From: a virus
Reading direction: 5' to 3' (one strand)
Virus record (IMG/VR): IMGVR_UViG_3300031787_000044
Location: 1-64,000 of that record
DNA length: 64,000 nucleotides
Shown here one piece after another: positions 9,559-20,100 of the stretch. The first letter of the stretch is position 1, and every line of letters begins with the position of its first letter. A program made the translations under genes and the position numbers. The notes under the pieces were generated by a model, which had not been told where the DNA came from, did no database searches, and was given only the letters and a program-made list of their open reading frames with translations.

Positions 9559-11073
9559 ATGGCTATTACTAGTGGACTTTGTAAAGTAAGCGGAAGAGTT
9601 CTTAAAATAGGAACATCATCCGAAGTTCAAGAGATAGTTCTCCCAGATACAGTAGACTTCTCTCAGTTTGAGAGAGGAATTGTTGCGTTACCTAGTAACG
9701 ACCCGATTGCAAGACTTATTAAAGAATACGGTGAAACTCCCTTTTATTCGGCCGTAGCCGCAGTGAATTCGTTCTTTTTGCGCACTGAGGTTAGATCATT
9801 AATAAAAGAAGCGGATCAGCCTATACTTTATAACAGAATACAAACCGAAACGGTTTTTACTCCAATAGAAGTGGCAAACTTTATAATCGGAATAGGTTAT
9901 ACTCCATTTACGTTAAGCATAGCTACTACAGTTATTAGCATAAACCTTATAAATGAATTTGAGGGCTTTTACACTCAAAACTTTACAAAAAATACGATAG
10001 GAAGCTTTTGCTCGATACTTCCTAATATATTCGGAGCAGTGGGTGCGTTCTTTACAGCTTTACAAACTTTAGATACAACAATACAGAGTTTAAAAAACTT
10101 TGCGTTAAACTTTTCTCTAAGCTCATTATTGTCAACACTAAAGAATAGTATTTTAAGTATAATAGATAAAGTTGTATCTCAAGTAAAAAGCATTATTGAG
10201 AATTTTTCTTTAGCAAACGTGATTTCAAAAAGCATTCAACAGGTAGTAAAGATAAACGAAGCAGTATATGCAAATTTCCAAAAGTTAAAAACATCAGCTC
10301 TTGCTTTTTTTGACGAGCAGAACGTTGATAATTACAAATCCGGTATAGAAAAATTAATTGATTATGCAATGTCAATCTTCAAAAGCCCGACTATTCAAGA
10401 AGTGCAGTTTCTTTTATATCGCTTTTGCAGTTTTGCCGCTCTAATAGAAAATGCAATTTTCTCTCTTAAGAATCCACTAGAAGCATATGTTAATTCATAT
10501 ACGGAAACTGTTTCAATTCTTCAAAGTAATTCTTCAAGAAATACAACACGTGCAACTGCGGCGGGCGCTGTTCGTTATGATAACCAAGTTCGCCAAACCG
10601 GTATAAATACAGGTAACGAGTTATATGAGCAGGCTGGAAATCCACCACTCTTAAATGCTGAAGATTATGAAGATATCACTCCTTGGAACGATGGAAAAGG
10701 CGATAGCAGAATTACGTTTGATGGAAACAGTTTTAGAGATAAAAGACCTGGTCTTGGGCGAGCATGTTGGGATGAATTAAATCCTAAAGTAAAAGCTCAG
10801 CTAATGAGGGTTCAAAAACAATTTGAAAGACAACTGATACTAGTAAGTGCAGTCAGACCTAAATTTTATAATGATGAACTTAGAGCTAGAGGTGTTGGAG
10901 CGGCTAAGAATTCTCTTCATATAGCAAAGATAGCAGTTGATGTAAAGTGGAGCGGTTTTAATTATGACACTAAAGAAAAATTCATAAAAATAGCATTAAG
11001 CAACGGGTTTACTGGAATAGGAAGATACTCTAGTTTCGTTCACGTAGATATAGGGCCAAGAAGAGAATGGTAG
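9559..11073 (+). CDS. Virion-associated protein with C-terminal peptidase M15 (Zn) domain
   Basis: Helical N-terminal region. C-terminal SAVR...AKNSLH..IAVD...GFTGIGRY..FVHVDIGPRREW gives the M15A metal ligands (H, D, H). Confidence 0.8.
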   Translation: MAITSGLCKVSGRVLKIGTSSEVQEIVLPDTVDFSQFERGIVALPSNDPIARLIKEYGETPFYSAVAAVNSFFLRTEVRSLIKEADQPILYNRIQTETVFTPIEVANFIIGIGYTPFTLSIATTVISINLINEFEGFYTQNFTKNTIGSFCSILPNIFGAVGAFFTALQTLDTTIQSLKNFALNFSLSSLLSTLKNSILSIIDKVVSQVKSIIENFSLANVISKSIQQVVKINEAVYANFQKLKTSALAFFDEQNVDNYKSGIEKLIDYAMSIFKSPTIQEVQFLLYRFCSFAALIENAIFSLKNPLEAYVNSYTETVSILQSNSSRNTTRATAAGAVRYDNQVRQTGINTGNELYEQAGNPPLLNAEDYEDITPWNDGKGDSRITFDGNSFRDKRPGLGRACWDELNPKVKAQLMRVQKQFERQLILVSAVRPKFYNDELRARGVGAAKNSLHIAKIAVDVKWSGFNYDTKEKFIKIALSNGFTGIGRYSSFVHVDIGPRREW

Positions 11074-11483
11074 TACAGATTATAACACCAGTTAAGAAAA
11101 AGCTTAGCTTATTTTCTGACATTCATAAAGACATGACACAGAATCCGTTAACTGAGGATCTTTCTCTAAAGCGAGACGAAGAGGCTGTGAAGGAGTCTAT
11201 TAAGAACTTAATCCTAACGAATAGAGGCGAGCGATTAATGCAGCCGCTAATCGGTGGGAATGTTCAAGCTATGCTTTTTGAAAATAATACTCCGGCAATA
11301 ATTAAACTTATACAAGAACAGATTAAGACCGTAATTCGCGAATACGAGCCAAGGGCAACACTTATAGATGTATTAGTTCGTTCATCAATCGACGAAAGCA
11401 CAGTAGAAGTAGACGTGTACTTTTACATAAATAACGTTGCTGAGCCTATAGCAGTCACGGTATTCCTAGAGAGGATAAGATAA
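11067..11483 (+). CDS. gp25: Baseplate wedge subunit gp25
   Basis: AVKESIKNLILTNRGERLMQP..G and IREYEPRA motifs. Confidence 0.93.
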   Translation: MVVQIITPVKKKLSLFSDIHKDMTQNPLTEDLSLKRDEEAVKESIKNLILTNRGERLMQPLIGGNVQAMLFENNTPAIIKLIQEQIKTVIREYEPRATLIDVLVRSSIDESTVEVDVYFYINNVAEPIAVTVFLERIR

Positions 11484-11484
11484 A

Positions 11485-13269
11485 ATGGCTACAAGACCAA
11501 TAAACGAGCTAGATTTTGCCGCCGTAAAAGAACAGTTTATAGATTACTTAAAAGGCCAAACTCAATTCAAAGATTATAACTTTGCTGGCTCGAATATGAA
11601 CGTGCTGTTGGATGTCCTTTCTTATAACACGTATTTGAACAACTTCTATACGAACATGGCAATCAACGAGATGTTTCTTGACTCGGCAATTCTTAGAAAC
11701 TCTGTGGTATCTCATGCCAAAGAACTTAACTATCTTCCTAGATCAAGAGTTTCCGCAAAGGCAGTCGTGAACGTTAGTATAGTTAGTCCTTCAACTGTAG
11801 GAACTATCATTACGATACCTAAGTTTACGGAGTTTCAATCAAACTACGAGGGCACGTCATATACGTTTTTAACTAATCAAGCATACCTAGCAAAGAGAAC
11901 GAGTGGAAACACGTTTGTTGCTACTAACGTTGAAATTTTTGAAGGTGACATACTCACCGCGTTTGAAAAGGACGGTTTCTTTCTTGAAGAAAACAACAAC
12001 TTTAAGTGTACACTAACAAACGAAAACGTAGATACGAACTCTATAGAAGTGTATGTCGACGACGAAGCAACAGAAGGACAGAACCAATTCTTCTATACTC
12101 CGTCAGTGTATGGTGTCGAGCCAACGAGCAAGGTGTTTTATCTAGAGCCGTACTTTGATAATAAGTACTCGGTCTATTTTGGAAGAAACTTATTTGGTGA
12201 GCAGCCAGCAAGAGACATTGACATAAAGATACAGTATAGAGCTTGCAGTGGTACAGAACCAAATGGCGCAAGATCTTTTACTACAACTTTTATTCCAAAT
12301 ACTACAGTTACTACAGTAACACCCGCAAACGGTGGAGCTGAGAGAGAAAGTTTGTCGAGCATAAAATTTATCGCTCCTAAGTCTCTTCAAGTTCAAGAGA
12401 GAGCTATTACTGCCTCTGACTATGAAATACTACTAAAACAAAGATTTCCCGAGATAAGAAGTGTTTCTGCGTATGGCGGAGACGAGTTAGATCCGCCACA
12501 ATTCGGTAGAGTTGCAATTTCTGTTAACTTGCAAGGAGAAGGGTTCTTATCAGAAACGAGCAAAAGCTCGTATGTAAGATACTTATCAGATAAAACTCCA
12601 GTTACGATCGAACCTATTTTTATAGATCCAGAATTCATTTATGTTGAAACTGTAGTTGATGTAAAGTATTCAGCAAAACTAACGAATAAATCCGAGCAGG
12701 AACTCGAACAGTTAATAAGAGCTGCGATATCAACATATAATCAAAACTTCTTAGATGATTTTGGCGAAACTCTTAGATCTTCTAAGTTGTCGACTATAAT
12801 TGACGACGTTGATGGCGGTCTATTAGGCAACGAGCTATGCGTAAATCCAATCATTGAGTATAAGCCTACTCTAAATCTTGAGCTGAATCCAAAGTTTAAG
12901 TTTGAAACTCGTCTTGTAAAACCATATCCATACAAAGCCGTTAACGGGTTTACAGATTTTAAACCATCGGTCGTAAGTACAAACTTCGTGTACCGCGGAA
13001 TTACTTCTAAGCTTCAAGATGATGGAAGCGGCAATATGCAGGTTATAAGCTCAAACAACATTAGTATTGAAATTCTAAATCCAAGCATTGGAACTGTGAA
13101 TTATACTACCGGAGAAGTTAGACTAATCAACTTTGCCGTTGAATCATTTACCGGTAGCGCAATTAAAATATATGCTGCTTCTACATCAGCTGACGTAACC
13201 GCGCCAAAGAGCCGCATATTATCAATAAGAGATGAAGACATTTCAATTAACTTTATAGAGACAAACTAA
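11485..13269 (+). CDS. gp6: Baseplate wedge subunit gp6
   Basis: ELDFAAVK...FKDYNFAGSNMNVLLDVLSYNT, EMFLDSA.LRNSVVSHAKELNYLPRS and QERAITASDY motifs. Confidence 0.93.
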   Translation: MATRPINELDFAAVKEQFIDYLKGQTQFKDYNFAGSNMNVLLDVLSYNTYLNNFYTNMAINEMFLDSAILRNSVVSHAKELNYLPRSRVSAKAVVNVSIVSPSTVGTIITIPKFTEFQSNYEGTSYTFLTNQAYLAKRTSGNTFVATNVEIFEGDILTAFEKDGFFLEENNNFKCTLTNENVDTNSIEVYVDDEATEGQNQFFYTPSVYGVEPTSKVFYLEPYFDNKYSVYFGRNLFGEQPARDIDIKIQYRACSGTEPNGARSFTTTFIPNTTVTTVTPANGGAERESLSSIKFIAPKSLQVQERAITASDYEILLKQRFPEIRSVSAYGGDELDPPQFGRVAISVNLQGEGFLSETSKSSYVRYLSDKTPVTIEPIFIDPEFIYVETVVDVKYSAKLTNKSEQELEQLIRAAISTYNQNFLDDFGETLRSSKLSTIIDDVDGGLLGNELCVNPIIEYKPTLNLELNPKFKFETRLVKPYPYKAVNGFTDFKPSVVSTNFVYRGITSKLQDDGSGNMQVISSNNISIEILNPSIGTVNYTTGEVRLINFAVESFTGSAIKIYAASTSADVTAPKSRILSIRDEDISINFIETN

Positions 13270-13270
13270 T

Positions 13271-15397
13271 ATGTCTATAGATAGAATAATTTCCTTTCAT
13301 ATTGAAAAACAGTTCCCCGCGATATACAGAGAGCAGGGGCACGAGTTAGTCGACTTTGTAAAACAGTACTACAAATTCTTAGAAGAAAACTCAAGTCAGT
13401 CTATATACAATGGAAGAAGATTGTTTGAGTATAGGGATATAGATACTACTCTAGAAAGAATGTTAATCTTTTTTAAGAATAAGTATCTTGCAGACCTTCC
13501 GTTCAATGACGATACGGTCAGAATAATCGTTAAAAATATTCTTGCTCTCTATAGAAGAAAGGGTACTCCTGGTGGGCTGGAACTATTCTTTCGTCTATTC
13601 TATAATGAATCTATAAAAATATATTACCCAGCGCGAGATATTTTTAAACCATCAGACTCACAATGGAAGCAAGGTAGCTTTCTTCAGCTAGCACCGAATG
13701 CTGGAGTGTTTACATCAACAAAATTATCCGGCGAGTTTAGCTATAACGACATTGTGAATAGGCCAATCATCGGCGCAGCCTCAAGAGCTCGTGCTACCGT
13801 TGATAAAATTAACTTTATCATAATAAACAATTCTTTTACTCCAATCATATTCATTAACGATGTCACTGGAGTCTTTATTGGTCTCGAAAATATCATATGC
13901 GAGATAAACGGTGTACCAGTTAACTTTGGAATCATCAACGGTTCTCTTACGTCTATAGACATAGATTTCCCTGGACCTGGCGGTAACTCTCTTGGAGATT
14001 TGGTTACTATAAGTGGATCGCCCAATGGAATTGGCGCGACTGGTATCGTTACTGGTGTAACAGAAAGCACTACGGGTACGATAGAATATAACCTGTTAGA
14101 CGGCGGCTGGGGATACAGCATAGATAGCGGCAGGCTTCTAGTTTCGGATCAACTCATCTTCGTTGATAACGCTTCAAGAAACTTTAACCTTTTGGAAACC
14201 CTTGAAGACGACTCTGGAAACAGAGGGATTGTAGTCGCGCAGACCGATATTTTGGTTGCTGTGAAGATGGAAGCTAACTCTAGTTTTACAAACACTTCAA
14301 TCATAGAAACTGTAGATAGAAGCACAGTCATTGACATACAGACACTATCTTCGTTCCCTATAAGAGTGACTCCAAAGAATAGTACTTCTCCAGGGCCGCT
14401 ATACCCTGACACCGCGAATACAAGTAGCGTTATTGTGGGAGAGATTACAAATACTGAAAACGTAGCTCTCATATTTGATATCATTGGCGATTACGCAAAC
14501 GTGCATCTAGATTCTTCGAATTATAATGATGTTCCTCCTGCGTTATCACCCATGTCAGGAAATACGGATCCTGTAACCATTTCTACAACACTACAAGATG
14601 CGTTTAATCTGGAGAGGTTTGACATCGGAACGATCGTTAGATTTGAAAATATAGATCCTGGCATAAATTACGTAAACGACGCGTATGCTCTACCGTATGA
14701 CTCTAGAATTAATCTTCTTCAAAGAAAGAACCAGCTCGTAACTCTCCAGACAGTTCCTACGGCACTCAATATAGGTGACGAAATAACTCAGGGATCGTTT
14801 AGAGGAAAGGTTCTTGCAATTACCGATAAAACACTTACTGTAAGACCGTATAGGTATTATGGCTTTAACTCAACAACACCGATCACATTCGGCGGAACGA
14901 ATTTCAATGTAGTAGCAGTATCATATGATTTTTCAAGCAGTGATGTTGCCGGAAGAAATGCGGTGATGGAAGCTGAGACAGATTTTGCTGTTGGAAGAAT
15001 TAGCCGCGTAAACATTATTGATTCAGGCTACGGCTACGTTCATAACACGGTTGCGGATGTTTTAAAAAATGGTGAGCTCGTTTCTAGAGGAACTATTTCA
15101 GCAAGAGGGCAAGGATCCACTGGAGGATTCTGGTCCACGTATAATTCTCATTTAAGTGGATACGTTTCGAAAAATGAAAGTTTGGAATACTATTCACCTG
15201 GAAAATATATACAAGATAGCGATTACTATCAGGAATATTCTTACGAGATACAATCAAGACTTGATACACCAACTTATGAGCAATCGCTCAAAGAGACTGC
15301 TCACGTGGCTGGAACAAAAGTGTTCGGAAGATTTAATCTTGAAGAAGTTATTTCTACTCCAATATCTTCCAGAATAGAAATTATACCACCCGTGTGA
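13271..15397 (+). CDS. gp7: Baseplate wedge initiator (gp7-like)
   Basis: QFPAIYRE..FVKQYYKFLE, LYRRKGT..LFFRL and IQDSDYYQEYSYEI..AHVAGTKVFG motifs. Lies between gp6 and gp8. Confidence 0.75.
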   Translation: MSIDRIISFHIEKQFPAIYREQGHELVDFVKQYYKFLEENSSQSIYNGRRLFEYRDIDTTLERMLIFFKNKYLADLPFNDDTVRIIVKNILALYRRKGTPGGLELFFRLFYNESIKIYYPARDIFKPSDSQWKQGSFLQLAPNAGVFTSTKLSGEFSYNDIVNRPIIGAASRARATVDKINFIIINNSFTPIIFINDVTGVFIGLENIICEINGVPVNFGIINGSLTSIDIDFPGPGGNSLGDLVTISGSPNGIGATGIVTGVTESTTGTIEYNLLDGGWGYSIDSGRLLVSDQLIFVDNASRNFNLLETLEDDSGNRGIVVAQTDILVAVKMEANSSFTNTSIIETVDRSTVIDIQTLSSFPIRVTPKNSTSPGPLYPDTANTSSVIVGEITNTENVALIFDIIGDYANVHLDSSNYNDVPPALSPMSGNTDPVTISTTLQDAFNLERFDIGTIVRFENIDPGINYVNDAYALPYDSRINLLQRKNQLVTLQTVPTALNIGDEITQGSFRGKVLAITDKTLTVRPYRYYGFNSTTPITFGGTNFNVVAVSYDFSSSDVAGRNAVMEAETDFAVGRISRVNIIDSGYGYVHNTVADVLKNGELVSRGTISARGQGSTGGFWSTYNSHLSGYVSKNESLEYYSPGKYIQDSDYYQEYSYEIQSRLDTPTYEQSLKETAHVAGTKVFGRFNLEEVISTPISSRIEIIPPV

Positions 15398-15407
15398 CGA
15401 ACCTTAG

Positions 15408-15415
15408 TATAAATA
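15408..15415 (+). promoter_or_regulatory. T4-type late promoter
   Basis: TATAAATA 22 nt upstream of gp8, followed by a GAGGT RBS. Confidence 0.82.
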
Positions 15416-15437
15416 AAACAAAAATCTAGAGGTAGTA

Positions 15438-17105
15438 ATGACAATAATCACTAGTAAGTATAGGACGGACACAACTCGTCGTTTTGTAGACGACGTTTAT
15501 TCGAACGATTACTATCTTTTTATCTCTAGTGTTTCAAACACTACATTTTCAAACACAAATGACTCAAAGTTAACTTTTTTAGAAAAGACTTTGTTTGGAA
15601 AACAAATATTGCCAGAAAATGTTTTTTATATGATAAAGAATCATATATGGGTAACTGGTACAGTATACGAACAGTATGACGATAAGCAAGAAATATCGAA
15701 TAAAAAATATTACGCGGTCGTGTATCCGCAGAACAATGAAACCGGTGATTATAAGATATATAAGTGTTTGTTTAATAACTACGGAGAGCCTTCAACAAAT
15801 CCGCCGAACTATAATACCTCAACACCAAATCAAGTGTATGAAATGCCAGATGGATACGTTTGGAAATATCTATACACGATTAGCGTTTCTGACTTTGATA
15901 AGTATAATTCTAGAGGTTACATTCCGATATTTTTGTCTGAAGCAAACTCTTCTGTATCAGACACAAGCTCAGTAGATCAAATATTTGTAGAGAACCCAGC
16001 GGAAAATTCTGGATACGAAAAAGTTTTAGGAACGATAGATGAAGTTCTTGGTGGCACGCAAAATACCGTAACTATTATTCCTTCTGCAGCCGGAACTCTA
16101 AGCGCGATTGAAAACTACTATTCAGGTTACACATTCTATGTAACTAACGCAATAAATGAATCGCAAGTGTATGAAGTAGATAAGTATGTGTTTAATCCTT
16201 CTACTGGAAAGGCGATTATTACTTTAGTAGAAGGAATTCCTGTAGACGGTGTTCTAGTGAATTCGGCTGGTTTCATCTTACTTCCTAGAGTAGAAATAAG
16301 AGGGGATGGAACCGGCGCCGTCGCAATACCAAACGTTTCGACGAACGGAGTCATCACAAGTATTACTATTCTAAATAAAGGTTCTGGATATACAAGAGCT
16401 GTCGCAAGAGTTCCTGATCCATTTGCATTCGATCCAACAACTTTAAATTCTTTAGATGAAAGAGTGATACTAAGACCTGTTATATCTACACCTGGCGGAC
16501 ATGGATCTGATTTGGTTGATGAGTTATCATGCCGTCACGTTTTATTATACACAGAAATAACTCAAAACGATAATCTACTAATACCAACTACAAATGAGTA
16601 TCGTAGTGTAGGCGTGGTTAGAAACCCTGATTTTAAAGTTTTTCCTTATCCAACGGTGTTCGATAATCGTATAGAAGTTGCTTTGGATACTAATCCGTTT
16701 TTTGTAAATGAAACTGTGACGCAGATAGAAACAAGTAACACGAGCAGTATTTTCTTTAATGAAACTCGTTTTTCAGCAAAAGTTCACGCTGTTTCTGGAA
16801 ACTTTGCTTACCTAGCAGAATATTCCGGCCCGTTTCCGAACGACGTAGGAACATACGCAAATAATGATTTTAGTGATATATCTTTGGATGCTACTTTACC
16901 ACTAGTTTCTTCTCTGAACCAATTAGTCACGATAAATATAGATAATAACCCAAGCTATGGAAGTGGGTATAGTTCTACTTATCCTGGATTTAAATTATCG
17001 CCATATATTCAAAGAACCGGTGAAGTTTACTATATAAGTCAATTTCCTCCTATCACTAGAACAGCAAACGCAAGAGAACAGTATAAAATCGTTCTTGAAT
17101 TTTAA
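15438..17105 (+). CDS. gp8: Baseplate wedge subunit gp8
   Basis: WVTGTVYEQYDD, YKIYKCLFNN, DGYVWKYLYTI, PGGHGSDLVDEL and C-terminal ITR...EQYKIVLEF. Confidence 0.85.
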   Translation: MTIITSKYRTDTTRRFVDDVYSNDYYLFISSVSNTTFSNTNDSKLTFLEKTLFGKQILPENVFYMIKNHIWVTGTVYEQYDDKQEISNKKYYAVVYPQNNETGDYKIYKCLFNNYGEPSTNPPNYNTSTPNQVYEMPDGYVWKYLYTISVSDFDKYNSRGYIPIFLSEANSSVSDTSSVDQIFVENPAENSGYEKVLGTIDEVLGGTQNTVTIIPSAAGTLSAIENYYSGYTFYVTNAINESQVYEVDKYVFNPSTGKAIITLVEGIPVDGVLVNSAGFILLPRVEIRGDGTGAVAIPNVSTNGVITSITILNKGSGYTRAVARVPDPFAFDPTTLNSLDERVILRPVISTPGGHGSDLVDELSCRHVLLYTEITQNDNLLIPTTNEYRSVGVVRNPDFKVFPYPTVFDNRIEVALDTNPFFVNETVTQIETSNTSSIFFNETRFSAKVHAVSGNFAYLAEYSGPFPNDVGTYANNDFSDISLDATLPLVSSLNQLVTINIDNNPSYGSGYSSTYPGFKLSPYIQRTGEVYYISQFPPITRTANAREQYKIVLEF

Positions 17106-17116
17106 GAGAGAAGCAG

Positions 17117-20100
17117 ATGCCAATTAATACAGATCTTAATGTTGACCCATACTTTGACGATTTCAGAGTAGAAAAGCAATTCTACAAAGTGTTGTTTAAG
17201 CCATCTTTTGCAGTTCAGGCAAGAGAGCTTACGCAGATGCAGACTATTCTCCAAAATCAAATAGAACAGTTTGGCGACAACATCTTCAAAGAAGGGTCGA
17301 TCATAAAGGGATGTAACTTTTCAGAGCTAGGTGACTTGAACTTTGTTAAGTTAACAGATAAGCCAAATTTTAATGTTGAATCTTACGTAGGGTTTTCAGA
17401 TACGGTAACTATAACTGGGCAGACCTTTACGAGAGATAATACGTTTGAATTAAGAGGTGCGGTCTCTGGTGTTACTGCAAGTGTAATTGCTGCGACTAGA
17501 GGATTTGAAACAAGAAACCCAGATTTAAATACCTTCTACATCAACTATACAACAACTTCTGCAGGAAATAAGACGTTCCAAACCGGTGAGCTTCTTAATA
17601 TCTGGAAGATAAGCACAGTTGAAGTTGGCACGAATATTAACAGAACAGAACAACTTGTCGACTCAATAAACGTAACGTCATTCTCAGGCGCCTTAGGAAA
17701 CTCATTCGGCCTAAGATCTGCACCAGGCGTTATATTCCAAAAAGGACACTTCCTCTTTGCTGAAGAGCAGTTAGTTATCGTTTCAAAGTATACGAACATT
17801 CCGGACAATGTTTCTATTGGATACTTGGTTGAAGAAAGACTTATAAATTCGTTCCAAGACAGTTCACTTCTTGATAACGCAAACGGGTCGTTTAACCAAA
17901 ACGCGCCTGGAGCTGATCGTCTTAAACTCATACCAGTTCTTACTGCGCTTCCTACAGACGTAGCAGATGGAGACACTACGTTCTTCACACTTAGCCGCTA
18001 TACAAATGGCAACGCTGTTACTCTAAGAGACGTATCCCAATATAATGCTCTTGGCGAAGAGATGGCTCGCCGCACATATGAAGAGTCTGGCGATTACATA
18101 GTTCGTGACTTCAAAACGAAAATAGTTAGAAGAGATGACGGTCTAAAAGCTTCTGTCGGCACAGGTCTTGCTTACGTTAAAGGTTACAGAATTGAAAACT
18201 TAGGCGAAGTTCTTCTAAACATTGATGATATAGCAAATACTTCGTTTGACGAAAGAACGAACCAAGCAATATCATATAAGTACGGCGGATATCTAGATCT
18301 CCTTGACACTGCAACCTCAGGAACAATAACTCTTGGTGATTTTTCAACAGTTACACTTAAAGATGAGACTGGGTCTAATGCTGGTACCGCAAGAGTTAGA
18401 AACGTCACAAACGATAAGATCTTTCTCTTTGACACTCGTTTCGTTGGAAGCAACACGATTAGAGACGTAGAAAGAATAGTCGGAAATACTGGATATCTTA
18501 CTGTAGCGAACAACTCTTTAATTAAAGAGACCTCAAGTGCTTCAATGATATTTGATACTGGAATGATAAGTGTAAAATCAACTAGTGGACACGTAATACC
18601 AGTTAGAACATCCAGATCGTTGACTGGCCTTTCTGGAACAACTGTCACGATATCTCCAGCGTCAGGAGAAGATTTTAGTCTAAGTAACGATGACATACTA
18701 TTTGTAGACGGAACGAATGTTAAGATTGATGTTGTAAGCAGCACGATCGTCGGCGCCGATCTAGTCTTAACACTAGCAAGTGCTCCATCTTCAACGGCTA
18801 CAGTATATTTCAATAAGAGAGTAGTCAACGTAAATCCTTTCACGAAGATAAACGAAGATCTATATGTTAAGTGTACGTTTGCGAACAGTGATATCTCAAC
18901 GACGGCAAAATATAACCTAGGTTTCCCAGATGTTTACGAAGTGGTAAGTATTACGGACTCTGCAAATAACGATGTGACTACTAGCTTTAGATTAAGATCA
19001 AATCAAAAAGATAACTACTACGATCACTCATACATAGAATATATCCAGGGAAGACCCGCTCCTTCGGATGGGGATATGACTGTTCATATGAAGGCTTTTA
19101 AATTAAATGATACTTCAGGAAGTTATTTCTTTACTGTAGATAGTTACCCAGTATCGTTCCCTAGAAATAAGATACCTCTGTATGTTTCACCGTCAGGCGC
19201 ATCATACAATCTTAGGGACTCACTAGATTTCAGACCGCATGCAGAACCTCTATCTCCAGCAACATATGCTAACGCCGCTTCACTCGCGACAGCGCCAACG
19301 GTAAGCGATTCTTCAACTGGAGTTAACGTATCACCAACGTTCTCAGCGTCACACCAAATTATCACTCCGGCTCTAAATCAGTTCGGGTCACTAAACTATG
19401 AGTTTTTCTTTAACAGAACGGATCTTGTAACTGTAGACTCTTACGGATCTATAAGTATAGTAAAAGGCGTTGAAGCAGAAAAATCGCTTCCTCCAAGCGT
19501 GGTTAGCGACCAAATTGCTATAGCTGAAATATACGTGCCAGGAAATCCTGCACTAACTCCAGATGAAGCAGACTCAAGTAGTAAGCCACAGTATAGGGTT
19601 TCAACTCGTCTTAAAGGAACTAAATCCTATAAGATGAAAGATATCCAAAACATAGAAGAAAAATTAGATGCTCTAAAATACTACGTTCTTCTATCATCTC
19701 TCGAAGCTGAAACGAAAAATCTTAATGTAACTGATGAAAACGGCTTAACTAGATTTAAGAATGGAATTATAGTAGATCCGTTCAACGATCTTAATATTGC
19801 AAATCTTGAAGATACTGAATATAACGCAGCGTTGGACTTTACAGAAAAGTCTCTAATGCCGTCAGTGAAAACATTTCCTATTAATATGGTATATCATTCA
19901 TCGTCTTCGGCAACTCTCTTTCCATCAGAGTCAAATGTTAAGGTCGCGACTCTTCAGAGAAACGCAGATGTTTCGATCATAGCACAACCATACGCAACAG
20001 AATTTAGAAATTGCGTAAGTAACTTCTATAGTTACAAGGGTGTTGGTAATCTCGTTCCTGAGTTTGACACAGTGTATGATACGGTCACGAACCCTGTGAA

